Positions 21,326 to 30,263 of a DNA stretch of 64,000 nt are shown here, piece by piece (the stretch's first letter is position 1; every line of letters starts with the position of its first letter). Below the pieces are notes generated by a model. That model saw nothing but the letters and a program-made list of their open reading frames with translations. It did not search any database and was not told the origin of the DNA. Origin of the DNA: Clostridia bacterium (GTDB lineage Bacteria > Bacillota > Clostridia > RGIG6154); contig JAZRDC010000030.1 of assembly GCA_045660065.1 (NCBI GenBank), positions 35 through 64,034 on the forward strand, written 5' to 3'. The position numbers were made by a program, and so were the translations under genes.

Positions 21326-22300
21326 TTACGCCCAGTATGCTTCGCCTGCAGGTTCGTATATTAAAACTTCTTTTAAGAAAGCAACTGCTTTTTCGAGGCC
21401 TTCTGTCGGAGACATAAGTGCATCTTCGTGCTCGATTGAGATAGCACCGTCGTAGCCTGTCATTTTAAGTGTGCTGATGATGTCATTCCATACTTCTTTT
21501 CCGTGGCCATAGCCAACAGTTCTGAAAATCCAAGAACGATTTGCAATATCGCTTAATGATTTTGTATCCAAAACGCCGTTAACTTTTGAGTTGAGTTCGT
21601 CAATCTTTGTGTCTTTTGCGTGGAAGTGGTGGATTGCACCTTTAAGGGCTTTTATTGCCGCAACAATATCAATTCCCTGCCAGAAAAGATGGCTTGGGTC
21701 AAAGTTTGCACCGATTATATCGCCAACTGCTTCACGGAGTTTCAAAAGTGTTTCAGGGTTGTAAACTACAAAACCAGGGTGCATTTCAAATGCAATATTT
21801 GTTACATTGTGAGATTTTGCAAACTCAGCCATATCTTTCCAGTAAGGAATAACTTTTTCTTGCCACTGCCATTTTAAAATATCGCCGTATTCGTTAGGCC
21901 ATGCGCAAGTAACCCAGTTAGGATTTTTAGACTCGTCGCAATCGCCCGGGCAACCTGAAAAGCCGATAATTGTGTCAACACCCAAAAGCTCTGCAACTAA
22001 GATTGCATCTTTAAATTCGTTGTGGAATTTTTCTGCAATTTCTTTGTTTGGATGAATTGGATTACCGTGGCAACTGATAGCAGAAATACTTAAATTATTA
22101 TCTGCTAAAATTTTCTTAATTTCAGCCACTTTTTCAGGATTTCCGATTAATTCCTGTGGTTTGATATGAGCATCGCCCGGGTATCCGCCTGCACCTAATT
22201 CAACACAGTCAATTTTAAGTGATGCCAAGTACTCCATTGCTTCTTTAAATGGCATTGATGCTACTGCAGGGTTCATAACTCCTAATTTCATTTTAAACAA
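21326..22300 (-). CDS. Sugar phosphate isomerase/epimerase (xylose-isomerase-like TIM barrel)
   Basis: 324 aa with AP-endonuclease/xylose-isomerase-like TIM-barrel signature residues, co-oriented with a LacI regulator. Confidence 0.65.
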   Translation of the reverse strand: MFKMKLGVMNPAVASMPFKEAMEYLASLKIDCVELGAGGYPGDAHIKPQELIGNPEKVAEIKKILADNNLSISAISCHGNPIHPNKEIAEKFHNEFKDAILVAELLGVDTIIGFSGCPGDCDESKNPNWVTCAWPNEYGDILKWQWQEKVIPYWKDMAEFAKSHNVTNIAFEMHPGFVVYNPETLLKLREAVGDIIGANFDPSHLFWQGIDIVAAIKALKGAIHHFHAKDTKIDELNSKVNGVLDTKSLSDIANRSWIFRTVGYGHGKEVWNDIISTLKMTGYDGAISIEHEDALMSPTEGLEKAVAFLKEVLIYEPAGEAYWA

Positions 22301-22305
22301 CTCCT

Positions 22306-23310
22306 TTATAGATTTGTAGAATCCCGTTCTATAATTGTATATTGTATAATATTATTTTTATTAACATTTTCGCCTTTTAAACGCTTTGCTAAAAGTTCGT
22401 AAGCCTTTTTGCCGATTGCCTTTCTGTCCTGTGATACTGTGGTGATGGATGGCGTTGTCATATGGCACAAATCAATGTTATCAAATCCGCTTACCTGAAC
22501 ATCAGAGGGGATTGAAAAACCATTTTCTTTAAGTGCAGAAATTGCACCTGCCGCCATACGGTCGCTGTTGCACACAACTGCATCAAATTTTTTGCCGCTT
22601 TTTATAAATTCACTTGTAAGAAGATTTGCGTTGCGGTAACCGTAGTTGCCCTCTAATATAAGATTTTCGTCAAACTCAATTCCACCGTCCTTCAAAGCCT
22701 GCTTGTAACCTTCTAAGCGTAAGGTGGTTGAGGGCAGAATGTTATCGTTGCTTAAATACATAATGTTTTTTCTGCCTGATTTTATAAACTTTGACACCAT
22801 ATCGTACATAGCGGCAAAATCGTCAATCCTTACTTCGGGGATTGTGGCAATGTTTGCCTGCTCACAACATTGGATAATGGGCAGGGTTTCGGACAAATCC
22901 TTAATTTCATCTTTGCATTCTTCAGGGACATCTACCGAAAGGAAAATAGCACCGTCTGCAAATCTCTTTTTAAGAAGAGAAATCTGATTTTGGAATTTTT
23001 CCTTTTCCCCGTTTACCGATGTGATTAAAACTGTGTAGTTGTCCTTTGATGCTTCCTCTTCGATGGCTTTGATAATCCTCGGGAAAAACGGGTTTGAAAG
23101 AGTGTTTAAAATCACCATTATATTGCCTGTTTTGTTGGTTCTTAAATTTCTTCCTGCAATGTTAGGGTGGTAGTCAAGGGCTTTTACAGCCTCCATAACT
23201 TTTTTGTGGGTAGCCTCCGAAACTTTTGCAGTACCGTTCAAAACTCTCGATACGGTGGCGATTGAAACACCTGCTTTTTTTGAAACATCGATTATGTTTA
23301 TATTTATCAC
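22306..23310 (-). CDS. LacI-family transcriptional regulator
   Basis: N-terminal HTH (IIDVSKKAGVSIATVSRVLNG) plus a periplasmic-binding-protein-like sugar-binding domain. Confidence 0.85.
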   Translation of the reverse strand: MININIIDVSKKAGVSIATVSRVLNGTAKVSEATHKKVMEAVKALDYHPNIAGRNLRTNKTGNIMVILNTLSNPFFPRIIKAIEEEASKDNYTVLITSVNGEKEKFQNQISLLKKRFADGAIFLSVDVPEECKDEIKDLSETLPIIQCCEQANIATIPEVRIDDFAAMYDMVSKFIKSGRKNIMYLSNDNILPSTTLRLEGYKQALKDGGIEFDENLILEGNYGYRNANLLTSEFIKSGKKFDAVVCNSDRMAAGAISALKENGFSIPSDVQVSGFDNIDLCHMTTPSITTVSQDRKAIGKKAYELLAKRLKGENVNKNNIIQYTIIERDSTNL

Positions 23311-23426
23311 ACTTTCTTATAATAATCAACAAAATTATATCACTTATGACAATTAAAGTCAAGACGGGCGTGTTGACAAAAGAGGCTAAGATGTGGTATT
23401 ATATACCAGTAAATGAGGTGCTATTT

Positions 23427-24107
23427 ATGACAAGAACAAAACTTAAAGACAGAATTTTGCCTCCTTATACAAGAGGCGAGGAAATAATGAATATGGTAAC
23501 CCATATCGTAGGTGGTGCACTTGGTATTGTGGCACTTACTCTTTGTGTGATAAAGGCTGCGCTTAATCACAATGTATATGGCGTAGTAGGCGGTGCAATC
23601 TTTGGCGCTACTATGATAATACTTTTTACGATGTCAAGTATTTATCACGGTTTAAGGCCTGACCTTACTGCAAAAAAAGTTTTTCAGATTATAGACCATT
23701 GTGCAATATTTATCTTAATTTCAGGAACATACACACCAATCGTACTTTGCACATTAAGGGAAGCAAATCCTGCCCTCGGATGGACATATTTCGGAATAGT
23801 ATGGGCAGTTGCGGCGCTTGGCATTTCTCTTAATGCAGTTGACCTTAAAAAATATTCCACATTTTCTCTGATTTGTTATCTCGCTCTTGGATGGTTGATT
23901 ATTTTAAACATCAAAACCGTGGCAATGGGAATTGGTCTTGGCGGAATGATATTTTTAGCAGGTGGCGGTATTGCTTATACCATCGGTGCAGTGCTTTATG
24001 CCCTTGGCAAAAAGAACAAAACAAAATATATCCACAGTGTATTTCATATTTTTGTTGATATCGGAAGTTTACTTCACTTTTTCTGTATACTTTTCTATGT
24101 TATGTAA
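23427..24107 (+). CDS. Hemolysin-III / PAQR-family channel protein
   Basis: Seven-TM protein with HlyIII motifs (NxxTHxxG, HxxxxxxD). The start was trimmed from the ORF-track 23226 to MTRTKLKD. Confidence 0.7.
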   Translation: MTRTKLKDRILPPYTRGEEIMNMVTHIVGGALGIVALTLCVIKAALNHNVYGVVGGAIFGATMIILFTMSSIYHGLRPDLTAKKVFQIIDHCAIFILISGTYTPIVLCTLREANPALGWTYFGIVWAVAALGISLNAVDLKKYSTFSLICYLALGWLIILNIKTVAMGIGLGGMIFLAGGGIAYTIGAVLYALGKKNKTKYIHSVFHIFVDIGSLLHFFCILFYVM

Positions 24108-24109
24108 TA

Positions 24110-24140
24110 AAAAAGCAGTCAGTTGACTGCTTTTTTTCTG
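24110..24140. terminator. Bidirectional terminator between the hlyIII-like (+) and vanZ-like (-) genes
   Basis: aaaaaAGCAGTCAgttgACTGCTttttttt. Confidence 0.6.
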
Positions 24141-24637
24141 CTTATTAAACAAATTATAAAAACAACAATCAGAATTCCTGCGATGCTTCCTGACAGGTCG
24201 ATTAAAACATCTGTTACCTGACCACTTCTGCCGGGTACGAAAATCTGATGGACTTCGTCACTTATTGCATACAAAAGGCAAAAGACAAGTGAAATAAGAG
24301 CATCTTTTTGTATAAAATGGCTTCCTTTTTTAATAAATGTAAGGTTTGCACTTATAAAGGCACATATTCCTAAAATTGCAAACAGAGTAAAATGGGCGAT
24401 TTTTCTGATTGTTTTTTCCCATTTTTGCTCAAGTACTTTTTTCTTTTTTGCAGAAATTTTCTTGTTTTTGGTAACAGCATTTACGATTTTCTTTGTAATC
24501 CCGCTGCTTGTCTTTTTTGATTGGGTTGCAGGTTGAGCCGAAAAATAAAAAATTGATGCCATTGTAAGCAATGTGAAGAAATATGCTATTATTCTTTTTA
24601 CCCAAAGATTTGGTTTGGTTCCTGAAATCATAATCAA
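24119..24637 (-). CDS. VanZ-like family membrane protein
   Basis: ISDEVHQIFVPGRSGQVTDVLIDLSGSIAG is a VanZ-family signature. Confidence 0.7.
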   Translation of the reverse strand: MIMISGTKPNLWVKRIIAYFFTLLTMASIFYFSAQPATQSKKTSSGITKKIVNAVTKNKKISAKKKKVLEQKWEKTIRKIAHFTLFAILGICAFISANLTFIKKGSHFIQKDALISLVFCLLYAISDEVHQIFVPGRSGQVTDVLIDLSGSIAGILIVVFIICLISRKKAVN

Positions 24638-25083
24638 TCCTCGTCAAATACAGGTTCAACGAAAACAAACATCAACTGACCGATTTTTATAAGATCGCCT
24701 GTTTTGATTGCACAAGGAGCATCACCTAACTGCTCACCGTTTACAAATGTTCCGTTGGTACTGTTGTTGTCTACTAAAGTCCACATATCGTGAGATTTCA
24801 AAAACTGCACATGGACTGTGGACATAAATGGATCGGGGATAATAATGTTGTTTTTAGCCCCTCTGCCTACTGTGAATTTATTTTTTATACTGTAACTTTC
24901 TTCAACTCTGAACGGAACTGATTTTATTCTGTTCATAAGTTTGATGTAAGGGTTGTCATCTACTACTGTTCCCATGCGTGAGTGTTTTATGTCAAGATAA
25001 ATAAGCCTTATTATGCTGAACATAAAAAAGTATATGGCAGTTATAAAAAGATATTTTAAAAGACCGGATACTATCTCGTACAT
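24634..25083 (-). CDS. FHA-domain protein with an N-terminal TM helix
   Basis: The C-terminal segment TVGRGAKNNIIIPDPFMSTVHVQF...STNGTFVNGEQL fits the FHA domain. The stop overlaps the vanZ-like start. Confidence 0.7.
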   Translation of the reverse strand: MYEIVSGLLKYLFITAIYFFMFSIIRLIYLDIKHSRMGTVVDDNPYIKLMNRIKSVPFRVEESYSIKNKFTVGRGAKNNIIIPDPFMSTVHVQFLKSHDMWTLVDNNSTNGTFVNGEQLGDAPCAIKTGDLIKIGQLMFVFVEPVFDED

Positions 25084-25268
25084 AATTGACTCTCACTTTC
25101 TTTGAAAAATTACTATCTGCTAATAGTATAGTATAAATATGAGAAAAATGCAAATTTTTTTCTTAAAAATAAAAGGAAAAAAGGAATTGGGGAAGAATTA
25201 TATAATGTTGTAATACTTTTGTAACAAATTGGACAAAGTAAGCCTGTAACAAAATAATGGGAGGCATT

Positions 25269-26732
25269 ATGGCAAGAAATAGAATTTCAAATCAGGAAAA
25301 TCCTGATATGGATAACGGAAAAACAACTGTAAAAGCAGAAAAAACTAAAGTGAAAAAAGCACCGTCTTTTATTTCAGTGCAGTTTGACAGACTTTCTTCC
25401 TATATAAAAAGAAACTCTGTTGCGGCAAAAAGTACAGTAATAGGATTTTTTGTATTTGCGGTAATTTTAGCAGTTGTTTCAAATGTAAAAATCGGATATG
25501 CGGTTGTGTTTAACAATAAAACAATCGGATATGTGGCGGGGAAGGATTTCGCCCGTGAAAAGATTGATAATATTTACGCTGAAATAACAGGTGCTGTTGA
25601 GGACGGCGCAGTTATTGATTTGTCAGCAGAACTTGTTCCTGCTTTTGCACCTAATTCAAAGTTTGTAAGAGATGAAGATGTTGAAAGCGTTATTAAAAGT
25701 CAACTTTCGTATTATGTTGACGGAACTTCGGTTTATGTTGATAACAAATTTGTTTTTGCGGCAAAAGATGAACAAGAGGCAAAAACAATTTTAGATGAAT
25801 ATCAGAAAAAAGTTTCAGGAAGCGGCAAAGTTATTTCTTCAGAATGTGAAAACGAAATTTCATTTAAGGAAGAAAAAGTTGTCTACACTCAGCTTCTTGA
25901 TAAAGAAGCCGCATTAAAAAGACTTGCGGGTACTGATTCAAAAGAAGGTCTTCATACAGTAGTCGAAGGGGATACCTTGTGGAGCATTGGTATTGACAAT
26001 GATATTGCTACAGACCATCTTATGAGTATGAATAATCTTGACAGTGAAATTCTCCAGATAGGAAAAGTTTTAAGAGTTAAAGAACCTGTGCCTTTGATGG
26101 ATATTAAGGTGGTTAAGGATATCACTTATACAGAATATCACCCTTATGAAACTGAAAAGATTTACGATAAGTCTTTAAATCAGGGAACATATAAGACTCA
26201 GCAAAAGGGCTCAAACGGTGAAACAAGAATAAGAGCCACAGTAACTTATGTAAACGATCACGAAATTGAGCGTGAAATTATAGAGAAAACTGTAATAAGC
26301 GAACCTGTTAACGAAATTTTGAGAGTAGGTACAAAGCCAAAACCGAAAACTGCGGCAACAGGAAGATTTGCAAGACCGATTTCGGGCGGATATGTTTCAT
26401 CATCTTTCGGCAACAGAAGCCGAGGATATCATACAGGTATTGACTGGGCGCTTTCATACGGCTCACCTATTTATGCGTCAGATGGCGGAACGGTTACATC
26501 GGCAGGCTGGGGCGGCGGTTACGGCAGAATGATTAAGATTAATCACGGTAACGGTTATGAAACTGTGTATGCTCATTGCTCAAAACTTGTTGTAAGCGCA
26601 GGTAAGAAAGTTGCAAAGGGACAAGTTATTGCTTATGTAGGAAGTACGGGTAACAGTACAGGTCCTCATCTGCATTTTGAAATAAGAAAAAATGGTTCTT
26701 ATCTGAACCCTGCTAAATATTGTGGTGAATAA
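25269..26732 (+). CDS. Membrane-anchored LysM-domain M23 metallopeptidase
   Basis: LysM segment (HTVVEGDTLWSIGI...LQIGKVLRV) and an M23 catalytic core (HTGIDWA...HLHFEI). Confidence 0.85.
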   Translation: MARNRISNQENPDMDNGKTTVKAEKTKVKKAPSFISVQFDRLSSYIKRNSVAAKSTVIGFFVFAVILAVVSNVKIGYAVVFNNKTIGYVAGKDFAREKIDNIYAEITGAVEDGAVIDLSAELVPAFAPNSKFVRDEDVESVIKSQLSYYVDGTSVYVDNKFVFAAKDEQEAKTILDEYQKKVSGSGKVISSECENEISFKEEKVVYTQLLDKEAALKRLAGTDSKEGLHTVVEGDTLWSIGIDNDIATDHLMSMNNLDSEILQIGKVLRVKEPVPLMDIKVVKDITYTEYHPYETEKIYDKSLNQGTYKTQQKGSNGETRIRATVTYVNDHEIEREIIEKTVISEPVNEILRVGTKPKPKTAATGRFARPISGGYVSSSFGNRSRGYHTGIDWALSYGSPIYASDGGTVTSAGWGGGYGRMIKINHGNGYETVYAHCSKLVVSAGKKVAKGQVIAYVGSTGNSTGPHLHFEIRKNGSYLNPAKYCGE

Positions 26733-26804
26733 CAAATCAGACAGCCTCTGTGGTATGTGGGGCTGTCTTGCGATATATTCTTGTAAAAAATATAAAAAAA
26801 TACT

Positions 26805-26832
26805 TGATTTTAGAAAATAAGTATGCTATAAT
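26805..26832 (+). promoter_or_regulatory. Sigma-A-type promoter of the RiPP-like operon
   Basis: TTGATT, a 16-nt spacer, then TATAAT. It lies just downstream of the M23 gene terminator (26745-26772). Confidence 0.55.
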
Positions 26833-26835
26833 CAT

Positions 26836-26870
26836 TGTACATAGGTATAACTATGTACTTTTATGTACCA
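26836..26870 (+). promoter_or_regulatory. Palindromic operator overlapping the transcription start (TGTACATAG-N6-CTATGTAC plus a third TATGTAC half-site)
   Basis: Inverted repeat with an 8 of 9 match, located 4-38 nt downstream of the -10 box. Confidence 0.5.
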
Positions 26871-26891
26871 ATTTTTTTAGAGGGTGAACAG

Positions 26892-27155
26892 ATGCGTCTT
26901 AAAGATGGTTTTTTGTTAAGAAAAGTTGCAGGTGAATTTGTTGTAGTTCCCACAGGGGATGCTATGGTGAACTTCAAGGCAATGATTACGCTTAACGAAA
27001 CCGGTGCTTTTTTGTGGGAAGCACTCAAAGAAGAAAAGACAGAAGATGACCTTGTTTCAGCACTCCTTGGTGAGTACGATGTGGACGAGGCAACTGCTAA
27101 AGAAGATGTAGGCGGATTTGTTAATCTTTTAAAAGAAAAGAATTTACTGGTATGA
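26892..27155 (+). CDS. PqqD-family RiPP recognition element (RRE), stand-alone
   Basis: 87 aa: MRLKDGFLLRKVAGEFVVVPTGDAMVNFKAMITLNETGAFLWEALKEEKTEDDLVSALLGEYDVDEATAKEDVGGFVNLL, the PqqD/RRE winged-helix signature. The start was trimmed to the Met with a GAGGGTG RBS. Confidence 0.8.
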   Translation: MRLKDGFLLRKVAGEFVVVPTGDAMVNFKAMITLNETGAFLWEALKEEKTEDDLVSALLGEYDVDEATAKEDVGGFVNLLKEKNLLV

Positions 27156-27604
27156 AAAAAGTTTTAAGTACAAAAGACCTTATGCCGCTTATAAGCGATA
27201 TTTTAAAAACTGCTGAGCGTGTAAGGTTTACAGTGAAGGGAAACAGTATGTATCCTTTAATCCGCGGCGGCCATGATGAGGTTGAAGTGGTTAAGTGCGA
27301 TAGTATCGGCAAGTACGATATTGTGCTTTATAAAAGAGCAAACGGAGCATATGTTCTTCACAGAGTCTTAAAAAAGCAAGACGGTGCTTTGTCAATAGCA
27401 GGAGATTTTGAACAGGAACTTGAACATCCTGTGTATGAAAATCAGGTTATTGCCAAGGTTGATAATATAATAAGAGCAAGCGGCAGAATTATTCCCTGCA
27501 GCAACAAGGTGTATAAATTATACTGTGTTGTATGGTCAGTGGCTCTTAAAAACAGACACAAGATACTTAAGGTGCTTAAAAAATTGAGGCGGTGGTGGCT
27601 TTGA
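27152..27604 (+). CDS. ER/archaeal-type (S26B, SipW/Sec11-like) signal-peptidase-like serine peptidase
   Basis: Box B GNSMYP, box C YDIVLY, box D VLHRVL (His in place of the P-type Lys) and box E AGDF. It has no N-terminal TM. Its ATG overlaps the PqqD stop (ATGA). Confidence 0.65.
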   Translation: MKKVLSTKDLMPLISDILKTAERVRFTVKGNSMYPLIRGGHDEVEVVKCDSIGKYDIVLYKRANGAYVLHRVLKKQDGALSIAGDFEQELEHPVYENQVIAKVDNIIRASGRIIPCSNKVYKLYCVVWSVALKNRHKILKVLKKLRRWWL

Positions 27605-29262
27605 AAAAAACAGACGTCGCTAAAAATTGGTTTTTTAAAAATATCTTAGATTTTGGCGGAGGGGTTTTTGTTCTCACCGCAATATCAATTCTGATAAATG
27701 TATCAGGTGTCGGATTTGCAATAGCATCTCAAAGACTTTTGGATGTTGCATCAAAGTCAATGAGCGGCAACTTGTTCAAAGAAGCAGGAATACTGGTTTT
27801 CTTAGTCGTGCTTCAACTTGTTTTGCAAATTATCCTCTCAAAGTGCTATGTTAAAACAAACGCACAGGTGAGAATTAAAATAAAAACAGACCTTTTCCGT
27901 GATGTTGTAAGAAAAGACCTTACAGAGGTTAATTGTTACCACTCGGGCGAACTGGTCAACAGGCTCTCTGCCGATGTTAATACCGTGGCAGGAGCGGTGG
28001 TGGATATTCTTCCTACGGCGCTTTCGCTGTCAATAGGAGTGGCGCTTAGTTTTATAGTTTTGTTTAAACTTGACCCGGTGTATGCCATTATTTATTTAAT
28101 AGTAGCACCTTTAGCACTCCTTACAGCAAGAATATTCAGAAGAAAACTTAAAGATCTGCATAAAGAGTCTGCTCAGTCAGACGGTAAAGTAAAAGCATTT
28201 ATGCAGGAATGTTTAAGAAATCTGTTGGTTGTGAAGGCTTTTCAGAAAGAAGAGCATATGACCGACAAGTGCAATGCTTATCAACTTGTTAACTACAAGG
28301 TTTTGATAAAGAAAAACAATGTAAGTATTTTGGCTAATGTAATGTTCTTTTTGTCCATTACTGCAGGATATTACTTAACATTGGTCTGGGGAGCGTATAA
28401 GCTTTCCATCGGACTTATGACTTTTGGTGAGATTGTGGCAATGCTTGAACTTGTTTCACAAATTCAATCGCCGCTTAAGTCATTGTCATCACTGTTTCCA
28501 CAGTATTATTCAGCACTGGCATCATCTGAAAGAATTTTAGAACTTGAAAGTTTGCCTGATGAATTAAAACTCAATCAAGGCGGGGCAAATGGATTTTCAA
28601 AACTTGTTATGGAAAATGTATCATTTGCTTATGATGATAAAAAAGTGTTTGAAAATGTATCCTGTGAAATAGAAAAAGGCGACATCATCGGAATTTGCGG
28701 TGAGTCGGGAATTGGAAAAAGCACTCTTATTAAACTCGTTTTAGGTGTGCTTACGCCGGATAGCGGCGAAATTTACATAAAAGACCAAAGTGGTCTTAAA
28801 GTATCGGTTGATACAGAAACGAGAAACATATTTTCATATGTGCCACAGGGCAACCTGATATTGTCCGGCACTATCGCAGAGAATGTGGTTTTCGGATCTG
28901 ACAACATAGATTTACAACTGGTTGAAAAAGTAATTCAGGTGTCGCAGCTTGATGAACTTATCAGTCAGTTACCGGCAAAACTTGATACTGTTTTGGGTGA
29001 AGGAGGCCTTGGGCTTTCGGAAGGACAGGTACAGCGATTATCTATCGCAAGGGCATTGTATCGGAATTCAGAAGTTCTGTTGCTTGATGAAGCAACATCG
29101 GCGCTTGACCGCGAAACTGAAATCAGGGTGTTGAAGGAAATCAGAGAAATGGGCAAAACATGTTTGTTCATTACTCACCGTTTGGAAGCACTTTCTAGTT
29201 GCAGCAAGCTACTAAGTGTAAAAGACGGGAAAGTTTCAATCGACAGGCAGGAAATTTTATAA
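27592..29262 (+). CDS. Fused ABC exporter (TMD-NBD) of the peptide/bacteriocin-export type
   Basis: Six TM helices, Walker A GESGIGKST, signature LSEGQVQRL and Walker B LLLDEATS. The start overlaps the upstream peptidase gene. Confidence 0.85.
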   Translation: MVALKKTDVAKNWFFKNILDFGGGVFVLTAISILINVSGVGFAIASQRLLDVASKSMSGNLFKEAGILVFLVVLQLVLQIILSKCYVKTNAQVRIKIKTDLFRDVVRKDLTEVNCYHSGELVNRLSADVNTVAGAVVDILPTALSLSIGVALSFIVLFKLDPVYAIIYLIVAPLALLTARIFRRKLKDLHKESAQSDGKVKAFMQECLRNLLVVKAFQKEEHMTDKCNAYQLVNYKVLIKKNNVSILANVMFFLSITAGYYLTLVWGAYKLSIGLMTFGEIVAMLELVSQIQSPLKSLSSLFPQYYSALASSERILELESLPDELKLNQGGANGFSKLVMENVSFAYDDKKVFENVSCEIEKGDIIGICGESGIGKSTLIKLVLGVLTPDSGEIYIKDQSGLKVSVDTETRNIFSYVPQGNLILSGTIAENVVFGSDNIDLQLVEKVIQVSQLDELISQLPAKLDTVLGEGGLGLSEGQVQRLSIARALYRNSEVLLLDEATSALDRETEIRVLKEIREMGKTCLFITHRLEALSSCSKLLSVKDGKVSIDRQEIL

Positions 29263-29284
29263 AGTTTGTTTGGGAGGAATAAAG

Positions 29285-30217
29285 ATGAAATGTAAGAGAA
29301 TTTTCAAAGTAGCGAGCGCGCTCGCATTGACTGTAGCTTTGTTAGTATCTTCAGCTGTTGTTTCATTTGCTGCAACTTATACAACAACAACTACTTATAT
29401 TGATCAGAATACTATCGAAGTTACATCAACTGCTGTTGGTCTCAACAAAGGCGATATGGCTACTTATGTTGCTTACAATAACGACGGCTTTACAGAAGGT
29501 AACGCAGTTTACATCGACCAGGCAACAGCAGACGAAACCGGAGAAGTTGAATTTAAATATCAGACAGATCTTGATGATTTAAAAGCAACTGTTAAATTCG
29601 GTGGTTCAACAGAAAGTGCAGCTCAGGATGCTATACTTGGCGGTTACAATGTTAACATTAAAGTTGACGGCGTAGATGCAGGTACAGTTAAAGTTGCAGA
29701 AGTAGCTGCAGAATACGAAGGTGATCTCGCAAGAGAAATCCCTGTTGAACTTGATGCAAGTAAAGTAGTTGATAAAGTTACAGTAAATGGCGCAGAAGTA
29801 GCTTGGTATGTTAAAGACAAAGCTGTAGTTATTTACTCTAATGCTATCAAGGCTGATGGTGCAACTGTTGAAATTGAAACAGCAGCTGCAAAAGCAGTTA
29901 CACTTGTTCTCGGTGCTGTTAAGTCAGAAGCTGCTAATACAGTTACTGCATTTGCTAAAGCAACATGCGGTGCGTATGCAAACTATGGTATCTTAATCGG
30001 TGGTAATGCTACTCTCACAGAAGAAGTAGTTAGCTGGGACGCAGCAGAAGATTATTCTAAAGCTGTTAAATTACCTGCACTTGGTATGAGCAAAGACGGT
30101 ATGTTCTGTGTTGAAGTTACAGACGAAGCTCTTGTAGCAGGTACAGAATACAAAGTTGCAGCTTATGCAGGCGAAGAAGTTACAGATGCAAAAGCAGTAA
30201 CAGTAAAAGTACAGTAA
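29285..30217 (+). CDS. Secreted Ala/Val/Thr-rich protein of unknown function (Sec signal peptide)
   Basis: MKCKRIFKVASALALTVALLVSSAVVSFA|ATYTTTTTY..., with a GGGAGGA RBS. No recognisable domain. Confidence 0.6.
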   Translation: MKCKRIFKVASALALTVALLVSSAVVSFAATYTTTTTYIDQNTIEVTSTAVGLNKGDMATYVAYNNDGFTEGNAVYIDQATADETGEVEFKYQTDLDDLKATVKFGGSTESAAQDAILGGYNVNIKVDGVDAGTVKVAEVAAEYEGDLAREIPVELDASKVVDKVTVNGAEVAWYVKDKAVVIYSNAIKADGATVEIETAAAKAVTLVLGAVKSEAANTVTAFAKATCGAYANYGILIGGNATLTEEVVSWDAAEDYSKAVKLPALGMSKDGMFCVEVTDEALVAGTEYKVAAYAGEEVTDAKAVTVKVQ

Positions 30218-30263
30218 TTAAGCGACTGTATCAATAACGATACAAATTCAGGAGGTAAATTCT

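Noticed and set aside
23226-23426. ORF-track N-terminal extension of the HlyIII-like protein
   Set aside because: The extension overlaps the divergent LacI gene start and promoter region. Conserved HlyIII topology begins at MTRTKLKD.
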